DNA of 64,000 nt from Bacilli bacterium (GTDB lineage Bacteria; Bacillota_I; Bacilli_A; RFN20; CAG-826), in the NCBI GenBank assembly GCA_017651565.1, contig JAGCCQ010000050.1:1918-65917 (forward strand), written 5' to 3'. Each line of letters opens with the position of its first letter. Position 1 is the stretch's first letter. Below the pieces are notes generated by a model. It was given only the letters and a program-made list of their open reading frames with translations, was not told the DNA's origin and searched no databases. The position numbers were made by a program, and so were the translations under genes. Below, piece by piece: positions 18,874 to 28,716 of the stretch.

Positions 18874-19223
18874 CAAATAAAAAGAATATGAGAGTTACAA
18901 CGCACTCTAGGATAAGAACTAGGGAGCGATTTGAAATAACCCACCACGCCTCTGTAAATAAGTTTTTGGCGAAAGCACTAACGCACGGACATAAAATAGA
19001 TAAGTATACGGGAGCCTTTGCTGAATATTTAGAACATAAAAAGAGACGAAATAAATCTACGGGTATAAAAGTGTATGACAACATCATTATTCTATATCGA
19101 GGAAGATATGTAATAACTGTTTATGAAGCACCGAAAAGGTTTGTACCAACAAGTAACTATTTAAAGTGTAATGGAGGAAAAAATGGAAATAGAAATAAAC
19201 AAAATGCCAAGAGTAATAAATAA
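18870..19223 (+). CDS. Small basic hypothetical protein (possible RelE/DUF4258-like fold)
   Basis: RVTTHSRIRTRER...VITVY pattern. Confidence 0.5.
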   Translation: MTNKKNMRVTTHSRIRTRERFEITHHASVNKFLAKALTHGHKIDKYTGAFAEYLEHKKRRNKSTGIKVYDNIIILYRGRYVITVYEAPKRFVPTSNYLKCNGGKNGNRNKQNAKSNK

Positions 19224-20085
19224 GAATACCTATTTTAATCTTGGAAGTAATAAATCTATTGATGTTGAGAACCTAGAAGAAGTTATAAACCTAGAAACTC
19301 AATATGCTTTTGAAAAATATAAAGAGAATATAAAAGAGGAAAAGCTGGAGGTAGAAAAGAATAAGGCTATGCACGAATATATTTTAGATAAAGTTAAGTC
19401 TTTATATAAACCTCTTTTAGATAATGATTATATGAAACAACGAGACGCTATATCTTTTGTTTCAGGTAAAGCAGAAGAACCTTTTAATGATACCTTACTT
19501 GAGAATATTGTTAAAGATCATCCGAAAGATTATAAAGAAATCATTAAGGGTGTTATAGATATTATAGAAGGTTTTGATGGAACTATAGATTATAGTGAGA
19601 TCAAGAAGAGAGTATTAAAAGACTCGGACATAGACTTAATGTCTGGTTTAATTGTTAAGAGCCAAGTTAATAGTTTTATAGTAAAGTCTTACATAGATAG
19701 ATTAGTTTGTCTCCTTTATGATATAGTTTTGGCGACAGATACTTATGAAGAATATATTGAGAAGAAGATAGTTGAAAAGACACCAAAGGTGGAAAGATCT
19801 GTTGAAAGACAGTTTAAACAATATAAGTTTTCTAATATAGAAGAAATAGAGGAAGAAAGTGCTAATAACTTAATAAATCTATTTGATTATGTTTTAGGAA
19901 GTAAGTTAGTTAATTGGGTTGATACAGGAAGAACTATAATTTATGCAAATAACGGATATACTACTGTAAATACTGATAGTGGAGTTATTTATAAGTTTAG
20001 ATCTGGAAATGAAATAATATCTATCCCAAGTGAAGATATTGTAAAAATTAATAGGGAAGGAAAAGATTTTACGGTTGTATTATGA
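19183..20085 (+). CDS. Hypothetical protein
   Basis: ATG 19183 after GGAGG; about 300 aa. Confidence 0.65.
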   Translation: MEIEINKMPRVINKNTYFNLGSNKSIDVENLEEVINLETQYAFEKYKENIKEEKLEVEKNKAMHEYILDKVKSLYKPLLDNDYMKQRDAISFVSGKAEEPFNDTLLENIVKDHPKDYKEIIKGVIDIIEGFDGTIDYSEIKKRVLKDSDIDLMSGLIVKSQVNSFIVKSYIDRLVCLLYDIVLATDTYEEYIEKKIVEKTPKVERSVERQFKQYKFSNIEEIEEESANNLINLFDYVLGSKLVNWVDTGRTIIYANNGYTTVNTDSGVIYKFRSGNEIISIPSEDIVKINREGKDFTVVL

Positions 20086-20552
20086 TAAAGTATAAATATT
20101 TAGATGATTTAAAAGTACCAAGGGAAGAGCAATACCAAAATTGGTTTGATATGTTGAAAAAGGATGAGAGAAAAGATTTCTGGAAAGAACAAAGAAAAAC
20201 CTATGGAATTGATGAAAGAGAAACTTGGAATTGGAATACAGAGTTTATGGACTATTGCTATATTCATTTAAAGATGTATAACGAAGTTAATAATGTTAAT
20301 CTTAATTATGATACAGTTGACTTTGAAGGAAAGAATATAACTTTACAAGAGGCAATAGACTTAATACTTAATTGGTTTGAAAAAGATTTCTACCCTGATA
20401 AGTTTGATACTATTGCAAACAAGGAGAAGTCTTTAAGGTGTGGAGATGACTTTAATATAGAACTATACAAAAGTCTAGAAGAAGATTTCTATAGTGGTTA
20501 TATTAAAAGTATGACACTTCTTATAAAGATAATGCCTTATTTATGGTGGTAG
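20082..20552 (+). CDS. Hypothetical phage protein
   Basis: ATGA overlap; YGIDERETWNW...LWW motif. Confidence 0.65.
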   Translation: MIKYKYLDDLKVPREEQYQNWFDMLKKDERKDFWKEQRKTYGIDERETWNWNTEFMDYCYIHLKMYNEVNNVNLNYDTVDFEGKNITLQEAIDLILNWFEKDFYPDKFDTIANKEKSLRCGDDFNIELYKSLEEDFYSGYIKSMTLLIKIMPYLWW

Positions 20553-20556
20553 TCCT

Positions 20557-20892
20557 ATGGGAAACTATATGGATGAGGTAACAAGAAGGTTACAGGAATA
20601 TATTGATAATGACGAACTATATCAAAAAGTATTAATAAAAAGAACACCGATCACTAAATTAAGTGACGAAGATTGTTTAAAAGTTAAGCATTGTTTGGAT
20701 ATAGATTTATTGTTACAAGAGAATAAAGGTTTAAAGAATTGCTGTAGAAGTATGAATACTGAAAGAGATTCACTTATAGAGGCATTAGCACAAGCAAAAA
20801 GAAAGCATAATGGGGATAAAGCAAAGTATAGAAGAAAAGCAAATAAATATAGGAAAGAGTTAAGAGATTTACAAAAAAGCATTAAGAAGTAA
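20557..20892 (+). CDS. Hypothetical protein
   Basis: 111 aa with a basic C-terminus. Confidence 0.6.
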   Translation: MGNYMDEVTRRLQEYIDNDELYQKVLIKRTPITKLSDEDCLKVKHCLDIDLLLQENKGLKNCCRSMNTERDSLIEALAQAKRKHNGDKAKYRRKANKYRKELRDLQKSIKK

Positions 20893-20899
20893 AAGTTTT

Positions 20900-20919
20900 T
20901 CGTATAATAATTTAGGAGG
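20900..20919 (+). promoter_or_regulatory. Phage promoter class A fused to the RBS
   Basis: TCGTATAATAATTTAGGAGG. Confidence 0.65.
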
Positions 20920-20924
20920 TATTT

Positions 20925-22064
20925 ATGGGAAAAGCAAAAAGTGGAATTGAAAACGCCTTATTAGGACTTTCTAAAAAGTATAAAATGAACCTTGACTTTG
21001 ACTTTTTAGACACAGGGTACGCTATGCTAAATATGGTAATGGGTGGTGGACTACCTATGGGTAAAATGATAGAGATATTCTCTCCAAGTGCCTATGGTAA
21101 GACTACTGTGGTATTATCAATATGTAAGAACCTATGTAGAGAAGGACATAAGGTTATTTACATTGACGCAGAAGGATCAATAAATCAATTAGTAGAAGAT
21201 ATGGGTTTTTACAAAGAAGGTTTAATATGGGACGAGGAACATCCAGATAGACCGTTTGTAATATTTCAAACAAGTTACTTTGAAGATATAGAGGAAATAC
21301 TAGAGAAGACAGTACCAAAATACGATGAGGATGGAAACCCAATGGACTCTGATTTTAGATTAGTTGTAATTGATAGTGTCGCTATGTTATCTCCAAGGGA
21401 ATATAGAGGAGACGCTGGAGAAAAAGATGGTATATCTATAGCCTCAAAACAACCAGGTGTTGTTGCAAAGTTAATGACAGCCTTTTGTCGAAAGTTTAAT
21501 GGATATAAGACAGCATATAATATGTCTTTCTTCTTCATTAATCAAATGAGAGCAGATGTTTCTGGAAGTTTTGTTAAAGATGTTAATAAAACAACAGGAG
21601 GTATGGCTCTAACCTATGCTGAAGATATTAGATTAAAGTTAGTTGCAAGAAAAGGTGGAGGAGAAGAAAAGAAAGTTATAACAACAGGAGCAGGAGAAAA
21701 ACAAGAGATTATTACAGGTAGAGAAGTTGGAATTACTGCTATAAAGAATAAGTTAACTTTTGGTGGTATTGTACTACCTTTATATGTTATGTATGGAAAA
21801 GGAATATCTAATTTAGCTGCCTTAAGGTATATTTTACCAAAGAAGACTATTGTAAAAGATGGTAAGCAAGTACCTTGTATTGAAAGAACAGGATCCTGGT
21901 CTACTTTAAATCTACCAAGTAAGTCTATTAGATGTAATGGGGATAAGATGTTAAAAGACGCATTAAGAGAAAACGCACAAGAAGCTTTTTCACTTATTGA
22001 TCCAGAAGTTGATTTTAATTTATTAGTTGAGGAGGATACAAGTGGAGACTACGAAGACGAATAA
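20925..22064 (+). CDS. recA: RecA/UvsX-family recombinase
   Basis: GGLPMGKMIEIFSPSAYGKTT (Walker A), YIDAE, VVIDSVA, FINQMR, TTGGMAL, KNK. Confidence 0.92.
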   Translation: MGKAKSGIENALLGLSKKYKMNLDFDFLDTGYAMLNMVMGGGLPMGKMIEIFSPSAYGKTTVVLSICKNLCREGHKVIYIDAEGSINQLVEDMGFYKEGLIWDEEHPDRPFVIFQTSYFEDIEEILEKTVPKYDEDGNPMDSDFRLVVIDSVAMLSPREYRGDAGEKDGISIASKQPGVVAKLMTAFCRKFNGYKTAYNMSFFFINQMRADVSGSFVKDVNKTTGGMALTYAEDIRLKLVARKGGGEEKKVITTGAGEKQEIITGREVGITAIKNKLTFGGIVLPLYVMYGKGISNLAALRYILPKKTIVKDGKQVPCIERTGSWSTLNLPSKSIRCNGDKMLKDALRENAQEAFSLIDPEVDFNLLVEEDTSGDYEDE

Positions 22065-23259
22065 TGAGTTTAATGTTTCAATAAAAGACTTTCAAATAAT
22101 TAAAAGTGCTTCCCTTACTTTTTTACCAGGACTAAATTGCATAATAGGACAGAGTAATAATGGTAAGAGTGCAATATTAAAGGCTACGAAATCAGCCATA
22201 TATAATAAGCCAGGTACAACATCAGTTAGATCTGGATGTAATGCTTATGCCGTTGGTATAAAGGCTAACGGTCACACTATAATATTTCAAAAAGGATCTG
22301 CCTCATCCTATAAAGTTGACGGTACAGTGCTAGGTAAGATTGGAAGAACTCAATTAGAAGAAGTTGCTAAAGCACTTAACATAAGAGAATTAAACTTAAA
22401 TGGAAGTAATGAGGAGATAAACTTTTTAGATCAAATGGAAAAACCATTTCTATTAGATAGGTCTGAAACTGATTTATTTAGATTTATCGTTGATAGTGGT
22501 AAAGACGCAAACATAACATCAGCACTAAAGACTATAACTCAAGATAGACAACAAATAACAAGGGATATAACTTCTACCGAAGGAAGACTAGAGTTGCTGG
22601 ACTCACAAATTAGTCAACAAGAATTAGAGTTAAAAAATGCCGATACCGAGTTAGCAATATACCAAAGAATTATAGATTTAGGTCCAACTGTTAGTAGAAA
22701 TAAAGATATGAAAGATTTATGCTCTATTATGGTGGACTTAAATAATAGTAAAAAAGTTTTATCTAGTGATTTAGATAAGTATAGTAAACTTTTAGATGAA
22801 ACTGAACCAATGTTAAAGACATCAGAGGTAAAGATAAAAAAGTTAAACTTAATTTCTGATATTGTTAATAGTAATAGTACTTATACAAATAACTTAAAAG
22901 AATTAAAAGATAAGTTAAGTGCCTATAATAATGTAAATTGTGATAAGTTATCAGATACTTATACAAAATGGTATGAGGTAACAAGTCTAGTCAATGATTA
23001 TAGAGATAAGAAGAGTATTATTGATACTCTTAAAAATAAAAAATACCCAGATCTACCTGATGGGTTTGCAGAGAAGTTTGATTTATATAAAAAATGTAAA
23101 GAAATCACTAATAGTATAAGATTAGGTACTCAACAACAAAACCAATTACTTGAGACACTTTCAAATATAAAGAGTGAGTTAAAAGAGGCACAGGACGAAA
23201 TAAATAAACAAGGTGTTTGCCCTGTGTGTGGAAGTCCTTTACATAAAGAGGTTATTTAG
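22042..23259 (+). CDS. sbcC: SbcC/Rad50-like ATPase, N-terminal half
   Basis: IKDFQII, GQSNNGKS Walker A, Q-loop, coiled coil, terminal CPVC zinc hook; no Walker B. GTG 22042 after GGAGG. Confidence 0.8.
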   Translation: METTKTNNEFNVSIKDFQIIKSASLTFLPGLNCIIGQSNNGKSAILKATKSAIYNKPGTTSVRSGCNAYAVGIKANGHTIIFQKGSASSYKVDGTVLGKIGRTQLEEVAKALNIRELNLNGSNEEINFLDQMEKPFLLDRSETDLFRFIVDSGKDANITSALKTITQDRQQITRDITSTEGRLELLDSQISQQELELKNADTELAIYQRIIDLGPTVSRNKDMKDLCSIMVDLNNSKKVLSSDLDKYSKLLDETEPMLKTSEVKIKKLNLISDIVNSNSTYTNNLKELKDKLSAYNNVNCDKLSDTYTKWYEVTSLVNDYRDKKSIIDTLKNKKYPDLPDGFAEKFDLYKKCKEITNSIRLGTQQQNQLLETLSNIKSELKEAQDEINKQGVCPVCGSPLHKEVI

Positions 23260-23447
23260 TGACAAACTTAAAAGCAAAGTCTGTTTTAGAACTTGCAAAG
23301 AGACTAAATGAAATAGATGTTATGTTAAGACAATTAGAGTTGGAATATAACGAGATTGTTGATGAGATACAAGAGAGACTTCCTTCTTTAAAAGAAGATA
23401 AGAACTTACAGAAGATAAAGAGAAAGTGTAGAGGGGTATTAAAATAG
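23259..23447 (+). CDS. Small hypothetical protein
   Basis: 62 aa, GAGG RBS. Confidence 0.55.
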   Translation: MTNLKAKSVLELAKRLNEIDVMLRQLELEYNEIVDEIQERLPSLKEDKNLQKIKRKCRGVLK

Positions 23448-23460
23448 GTGGAGTAGTTTT

Positions 23461-24234
23461 ATGAAATTAATTTGTAATGATTGTTTAGAAGAGTTATCAA
23501 AGATGGATGAAGAGTCAGTTGATTTAGTTATCACTTCTCCACCTTATGATGACTTACGAGAATATAATAGTTATGTAAACTTTGAAGAGATTATAAAACA
23601 ATTATATCGAGTACTTAAAAGGGGTGGTGTTGTTGTGTGGAATATTAATGATAAGATAAAAAATGGAAGTAAAACACTATCGTCTTTTAGACAAGCCATT
23701 ATATTTCAAACAACAGGTTTTAATGTTAATGATGTTATGATATGGGAAAAGACTAACCCTATGCCACAGGTAAAACAACCTAGGTATAACCAGGTATTTG
23801 AGTATATGTTTATTTTTAGTAAAGGTAAGCCAAAAACTTTTAACCCTATTTTAGTAGATTGTAAAAGTGCTGATAAGTATTATAGAAGTACTTGTAAGAA
23901 GATTACTAAAGGGAAAGAAAGAACTTATAAAGAGTTTATAATAAATAAAAAGAAAGTTGATAGTAATGTTTGGAGGTTTGCTGTCGCTCAAAATAAAACA
24001 GAGCACCCAGCAGTTTTCCCACTAGAACTACCAATGAAACATATACAAAGCTGGAGTAATGAAGGAGATCTTGTATTAGATCCGTTTATGGGAAGTGGTA
24101 CAACAGGTCTCGCTTGTAAACTTTTAAATAGAGATTTTATAGGAATAGAGTTAGATCCAAACTACTGTAAAATAGCAGAGGAGAGAATAAATGGAGAAAG
24201 AAAAGATAATGCAGGAGATAACACAGTTTTGTAG
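23461..24234 (+). CDS. DNA methyltransferase, N4-C/N6-A beta class
   Basis: ITSPPY (motif IV), HPAVFP, LDPFMGSGTTG (motif I), GIEL. Confidence 0.92.
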   Translation: MKLICNDCLEELSKMDEESVDLVITSPPYDDLREYNSYVNFEEIIKQLYRVLKRGGVVVWNINDKIKNGSKTLSSFRQAIIFQTTGFNVNDVMIWEKTNPMPQVKQPRYNQVFEYMFIFSKGKPKTFNPILVDCKSADKYYRSTCKKITKGKERTYKEFIINKKKVDSNVWRFAVAQNKTEHPAVFPLELPMKHIQSWSNEGDLVLDPFMGSGTTGLACKLLNRDFIGIELDPNYCKIAEERINGERKDNAGDNTVL

Positions 24235-24334
24235 TACCTGTAATAGTAGTGATTGTTGTCCTGAAGACGATTGTGTTTTATTTAGAATAGAAAAAATTGT
24301 CTGTGAAGAGGACAAGGAAGAAGAAAGTAAGTAA
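24191..24334 (+). CDS. Small Cys-rich protein (47 aa), not in the ORF track
   Basis: GAGGAG RBS; MEKEKIMQEITQFCSTCNSSDCCPEDDCVLFRIEKIVCEEDKEEESK*. Confidence 0.55.
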   Translation: MEKEKIMQEITQFCSTCNSSDCCPEDDCVLFRIEKIVCEEDKEEESK

Positions 24335-24338
24335 TTTT

Positions 24339-24358
24339 TCGTATAATAATTTAGGAGG
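24339..24358 (+). promoter_or_regulatory. Phage promoter class A fused to the RBS
   Basis: TCGTATAATAATTTAGGAGG, identical to the copy at 20900. Confidence 0.65.
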
Positions 24359-24364
24359 TAATTT

Positions 24365-24613
24365 ATGGATCAAGATTTAGTAGTAAGAGTACAAGAGTTA
24401 ATGTCAAAGGTAGATAACTTAAAAGTATCTAAAATTGAGACAGAAACTAAAATTAAAGCACTAGAAGAAAGTTTAGAAGAAAACTTAAACAAAGCAAAAG
24501 AGTTAGGGTATGACTCTATTGAAAAACTAGTTGAAGCACAAGAACAATTAGAAGAAAGTATTAAAAAAGAGTGTAGCGAAGTTGAGAACCTATTAAAAGA
24601 AGCAGGTGTTTAA
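24365..24613 (+). CDS. Small coiled-coil protein
   Basis: 82 aa, heptad-rich, directly upstream of the SbcC C-half. Confidence 0.7.
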   Translation: MDQDLVVRVQELMSKVDNLKVSKIETETKIKALEESLEENLNKAKELGYDSIEKLVEAQEQLEESIKKECSEVENLLKEAGV

Positions 24614-24614
24614 T

Positions 24615-25250
24615 ATGTTTGAAAACTATCAAGACTACTTTAATAAAGCAATCTCTGGTAAGACTAAAATAGAGATGTTAAAGTCACAACACGAGCAATC
24701 AAAGAAAGACCGTTTGGCTATATCACAAGAGTTAAAAGATCTTATAGCAAAAGAGCATAACTTTGAGTTAGCCGTTGATCTAATGAAGAAGTTAGTTGAA
24801 GGTATGAGTAGGTCTCAAATTAATCATTTAGAGACATTAATTAATTCAGCACTTTCAACTATATTTTATGACAGACAGTATTCAGTTGAACTTGTTGTTA
24901 CAGAGTTAAGGAATACTAATAACTTACAAATACTTTTAAATGAAGTACAAGACGATGGAACTGTGATAAAAACTAAATTAGAAGACAATGGTTTTGGTGT
25001 AAAGTCAATTATAGGGTTTATCTTACAGGTTTACTTTATAATTTATTATAAGCAATATCCAATATTATTCTTGGATGAAGCCTTTACACAATTATCAAAG
25101 CAATACCTACCATATTTAAAAAGTCTTATAAATGATTTATCAAAACAATATGGTTTTATCTTTGTTTTAGTAACACACGATAGAGATTTGATGGAACTTG
25201 CTGATAGAACTTATTTAGTTAATAAGGGAAATGTAAGTTTAAATAATTAG
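24615..25250 (+). CDS. sbcC: SbcC/Rad50-like ATPase, C-terminal half
   Basis: Short coiled coil, degenerate signature DNGFGVKS, Walker B ILFLDEAF, H-loop LVTHD. Confidence 0.8.
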   Translation: MFENYQDYFNKAISGKTKIEMLKSQHEQSKKDRLAISQELKDLIAKEHNFELAVDLMKKLVEGMSRSQINHLETLINSALSTIFYDRQYSVELVVTELRNTNNLQILLNEVQDDGTVIKTKLEDNGFGVKSIIGFILQVYFIIYYKQYPILFLDEAFTQLSKQYLPYLKSLINDLSKQYGFIFVLVTHDRDLMELADRTYLVNKGNVSLNN

Positions 25251-25259
25251 GGAGGAAAA

Positions 25260-25490
25260 ATGAATAATAAAAAAATTGAATTAAAGATTTCATATCTAAC
25301 AGCTTCTGATGTAAAGCAGTTAGAGGAAGAGGTTAACAAGGAGTTAGTTGCAATACAAACAAATGTTAACTATGCGATTGTAAATGTTGATACTAAAGTA
25401 GTACCAAATGGATATTTAGTACAAATCGCTTATGCAGATATTGAGCCAAAAACTGTAAGTAATCTTTTTGAAAGCCAAGGAGGAAAGTAA
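25260..25490 (+). CDS. Hypothetical protein
   Basis: 76 aa, GGAGG RBS. Confidence 0.65.
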   Translation: MNNKKIELKISYLTASDVKQLEEEVNKELVAIQTNVNYAIVNVDTKVVPNGYLVQIAYADIEPKTVSNLFESQGGK

Positions 25491-25491
25491 T

Positions 25492-25884
25492 ATGTTTTTA
25501 AGAATAGATACTGATTGTTTTATACGAGTTGATAGTATTGTGTCATATAAGTTATATGATTTAGGAGACGCTTTTAAGGTAACTTTTTGGGCTGATGGTG
25601 GTCTACTTCATAATGTAATATACCCTAAAACATCACAGGAACAAATGGACTTACTTCAAGAGGTTGTTGCTTACTTTAGGGAAAGAACAGTAAACCCAGA
25701 GCAATTTAAACAAGTACAAATACCTATGGTATTAGATAATAAAGCAATACCTACTATGGAAAGCCAACACCCAGAGATAAAAAGAGAAGGTATAAGCCCT
25801 ATTCAAGAAGTAATTACTGATAAGGATGAAAGACCTAAAAAATTACAAAAAGACTTTCAACAAATGTCATTATTTGATGATTAA
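25492..25884 (+). CDS. Hypothetical protein ending in a clamp-binding-like motif
   Basis: The C-terminal QMSLF matches the bacterial beta-clamp-binding consensus QL[SD]LF. Confidence 0.6.
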   Translation: MFLRIDTDCFIRVDSIVSYKLYDLGDAFKVTFWADGGLLHNVIYPKTSQEQMDLLQEVVAYFRERTVNPEQFKQVQIPMVLDNKAIPTMESQHPEIKREGISPIQEVITDKDERPKKLQKDFQQMSLFDD

Positions 25885-25903
25885 TCGTATAATATATAGG
25901 AGG
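25885..25903 (+). promoter_or_regulatory. Phage promoter class A fused to the RBS
   Basis: TCGTATAATATATAGGAGG. Confidence 0.6.
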
Positions 25904-25908
25904 TATTT

Positions 25909-26829
25909 ATGGCAAAATTAATATTTATACCTGATTTACATTTACAAGAGTATAGTCCAAGATCAAGAAAAGATAACTACCCAACTGTAGTCCTTGAGAA
26001 GTTAAAGTGGGTAGTTGACTATGCTAATAGTAAAGACGCAAAGTGTATTTTTCTTGGAGACATTTTTAATGCCGTTAATATGCCAATGATATATATGTAT
26101 CGTTGTATTGAGGTATTTAAAGGGTTTAAGAATATACCTTATGCTATCATAGGTAATCACGATGTCCCTAGAAATAATCAGGAACTAATGGAAAGAAGTC
26201 CACTTGGTTTATTAGAGCAGGTTGGACTTGTTGAATATTTACAGCATTTAGAGATAGAGGGTACCACTGTTATAGATGGTTATCACTATACACAGGTGCC
26301 ACAGAAAGCAACACAACTAACAAGTACACAGGTACCAATGAAGAAGATATGCGTAGCACATCTTTTCTATGAAAACCCTTTTGAGTTAGAGCATAACCTA
26401 AAAATAACTGATTGTGTTAATCTTGGGTATGATTACTATATATTAGGGCACGATCACACAAGATATGAAACAGTTATTTGTCCTGGGTATAAAGTATTTA
26501 GAATTGGGAGTTTAACTAGAGGTTCTGCAAATGAGAATCAATTAATAAGAGATAATGTATATATTTTAGAATATGATACAGCGTTGGACTCATTTACAGA
26601 GGTATCAGTTCCTTGTGCCCCTGCTAAAGAAGTATTTAAGGAGAGTATATTCCAAAGAAAAGAAGAGCACACTATAGATACACAAGAGATCTTAAATAAT
26701 CTTATCTTTACATCTAATGACTCGATATATGATGTATTAGATAAATCTGAATATGACGAAGATATAAAGAAGATAGTAGAAACTTATTTACAATCTGCTG
26801 GTATTTATAGAGATAATATTATTTTATAG
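25909..26829 (+). CDS. sbcD: SbcD/Mre11-like metallophosphoesterase nuclease
   Basis: DLH, LGDIF, GNHD, AH and LGHDH motifs; next to the SbcC halves. Confidence 0.85.
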   Translation: MAKLIFIPDLHLQEYSPRSRKDNYPTVVLEKLKWVVDYANSKDAKCIFLGDIFNAVNMPMIYMYRCIEVFKGFKNIPYAIIGNHDVPRNNQELMERSPLGLLEQVGLVEYLQHLEIEGTTVIDGYHYTQVPQKATQLTSTQVPMKKICVAHLFYENPFELEHNLKITDCVNLGYDYYILGHDHTRYETVICPGYKVFRIGSLTRGSANENQLIRDNVYILEYDTALDSFTEVSVPCAPAKEVFKESIFQRKEEHTIDTQEILNNLIFTSNDSIYDVLDKSEYDEDIKKIVETYLQSAGIYRDNIIL

Positions 26830-26838
26830 GTGGTGCTT

Positions 26839-28020
26839 ATGAATAACTATATTGAAGATTTTTTAGATAGTACTGAAACTGTTGATGGTTCTATTAATAG
26901 ATTTGTAGTTGAAGGACAAGAACATATTTTATTTAAGAAAGAAAGTTTAATAAATATGTTAAGAGTATCGTCATCAATTTTAAACTTAAAGTCAACACAG
27001 GTGGTACCAAGATCTATTGTAATTACTCCAAGAGATAATCATTTTGTTATGATAGCAAATAATGATATGGAGTATCTAGAGTATAGATTTGAAGTATTAA
27101 ACCCAAATGATAGACTAAAAGAGCCAATAGCAATTCCTTTTGATATATTAAGCCCACTATTAAAGTTAATGAGTGAAGATGTTTTAATATATAAAGGGTT
27201 AGATGGGTATTATATAAGATTATTATTAGAAGGAGACTTATATTTAGACTTACCAAAGCCAGAAGAGTCACTAATAGAAAAGCCATATAAAGATGTTATG
27301 TCTCTTGATTTTAAAGTTGAGAACGCTGAAAAAACAAACGCTGTTTCTAGTTTACACTTATATAATGGTTTAAAGTCTTTAATACCTATAGTAGAAGAGG
27401 AGATAGTTCTTGATAGAAGACGAATATCTTTTAATAGAGATAAGATGTTTTATAATTCAAGTGCTTATTCTATTCAATACATATTACCATTACCATCATT
27501 TAAAATAAGTTTAAGAGTAGCGTATGCTTTAAAGAAGATCTTACAGGTATTACCAGAAGGTCCTGTATTCTTTTTTAGAGATAATGCTATGCCTAGTAGA
27601 ATAGTGGTAAGGTATAAAAATGTAGAGTATTCTTCTTATACAACTAGTATGGTAGATAATAAAAATCTATATGATTATTTAGATAGAGTACAAAAATATA
27701 GTGGGTTACAGGTTGAGGTTAAAGATTTAAGTAAGATACTTAATATCGCAGTTGGACTTCCCTATGCAAAGAAGGAAGTTAAGTTTAAGTATCAAGACGA
27801 GTTAATTTTAACAGTACCAATGAAAACTAAAGAGTCAGTATTTAAACTATCAAGTAAAAAGATAGGAGAAGACATAACTAAAAAAGAGATAACAGTACAA
27901 GCGTCAAGAATTAAAAAATTATTAGATTGTTTTTCTGCTTATGAAAACATCTCGATTTCTTTTCTTGATAGTTGTATAATAATAAACAAAGGAAATCTTA
28001 TAGGGGTTTTAGAATTGTAG
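26839..28020 (+). CDS. Putative DNA sliding clamp (beta-clamp-like)
   Basis: About 390 aa with repeated helix/strand units; neighbours primase and the clamp loader. No strong motif. Confidence 0.5.
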   Translation: MNNYIEDFLDSTETVDGSINRFVVEGQEHILFKKESLINMLRVSSSILNLKSTQVVPRSIVITPRDNHFVMIANNDMEYLEYRFEVLNPNDRLKEPIAIPFDILSPLLKLMSEDVLIYKGLDGYYIRLLLEGDLYLDLPKPEESLIEKPYKDVMSLDFKVENAEKTNAVSSLHLYNGLKSLIPIVEEEIVLDRRRISFNRDKMFYNSSAYSIQYILPLPSFKISLRVAYALKKILQVLPEGPVFFFRDNAMPSRIVVRYKNVEYSSYTTSMVDNKNLYDYLDRVQKYSGLQVEVKDLSKILNIAVGLPYAKKEVKFKYQDELILTVPMKTKESVFKLSSKKIGEDITKKEITVQASRIKKLLDCFSAYENISISFLDSCIIINKGNLIGVLEL

Positions 28021-28716
28021 GTGGTATGTTTGTATCAAAAGCTTTTTGACATATCCAGAAAGATAACAACGCAACGCAATAAGTATGAATATATATCTAG
28101 CCACTTCGGACTATTAAACTATCGTACAATAACTGATAGTGAAGTTAGGATGAGAAGTAGTGAGTTAGATATTCCACAGTGGGTAAAATCATTTATATAT
28201 ACCCACCACGAAGTAATTTTAATAGCAAATATTATAAGAGGTAAAGTCAAGGGTATGCTACTTCGTAGTATAACCGATAAAGCATTTATGGACTATGGTT
28301 TTAAAAAAGGCTCTTTCTATGGTTTAGGTTCTTTGGATCCAGGGTTTAAGTTTGGAGATCCAATTATGATTGTAGAAGGTGCTATAGATTGTGATGTATC
28401 AAAACAATTTATAACTAGAAACTGTCTTGCTGTATTGACATCGTCTATATCTGAAGCAAGAGCAAAGGTTTTAAGTTGTCTTACTGATAGAGTATTATTA
28501 TTTTTAGATAATGACGAGGCAGGAAGACAAGGAGAGATAACATCAAAAAGAAGACTAGAGTCCTATGGTATAAACGTGCAAATCGTACCAAAAGTTGAAA
28601 AGATAAAAGATTTGGGGGACCTCCTTGATAAGTATAGAAGAGGAGATTTATTTGTGGATACTATTATTAATGATATAAGAAGTAGTGTATTACTTCGAGG
28701 GGGTAAGTTAGTATGA
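28021..28716 (+). CDS. TOPRIM-domain primase-like protein
   Basis: IVEGAIDC, LFLDNDEAG, KDLGD; no N-terminal zinc-binding domain. Confidence 0.75.
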   Translation: MVCLYQKLFDISRKITTQRNKYEYISSHFGLLNYRTITDSEVRMRSSELDIPQWVKSFIYTHHEVILIANIIRGKVKGMLLRSITDKAFMDYGFKKGSFYGLGSLDPGFKFGDPIMIVEGAIDCDVSKQFITRNCLAVLTSSISEARAKVLSCLTDRVLLFLDNDEAGRQGEITSKRRLESYGINVQIVPKVEKIKDLGDLLDKYRRGDLFVDTIINDIRSSVLLRGGKLV

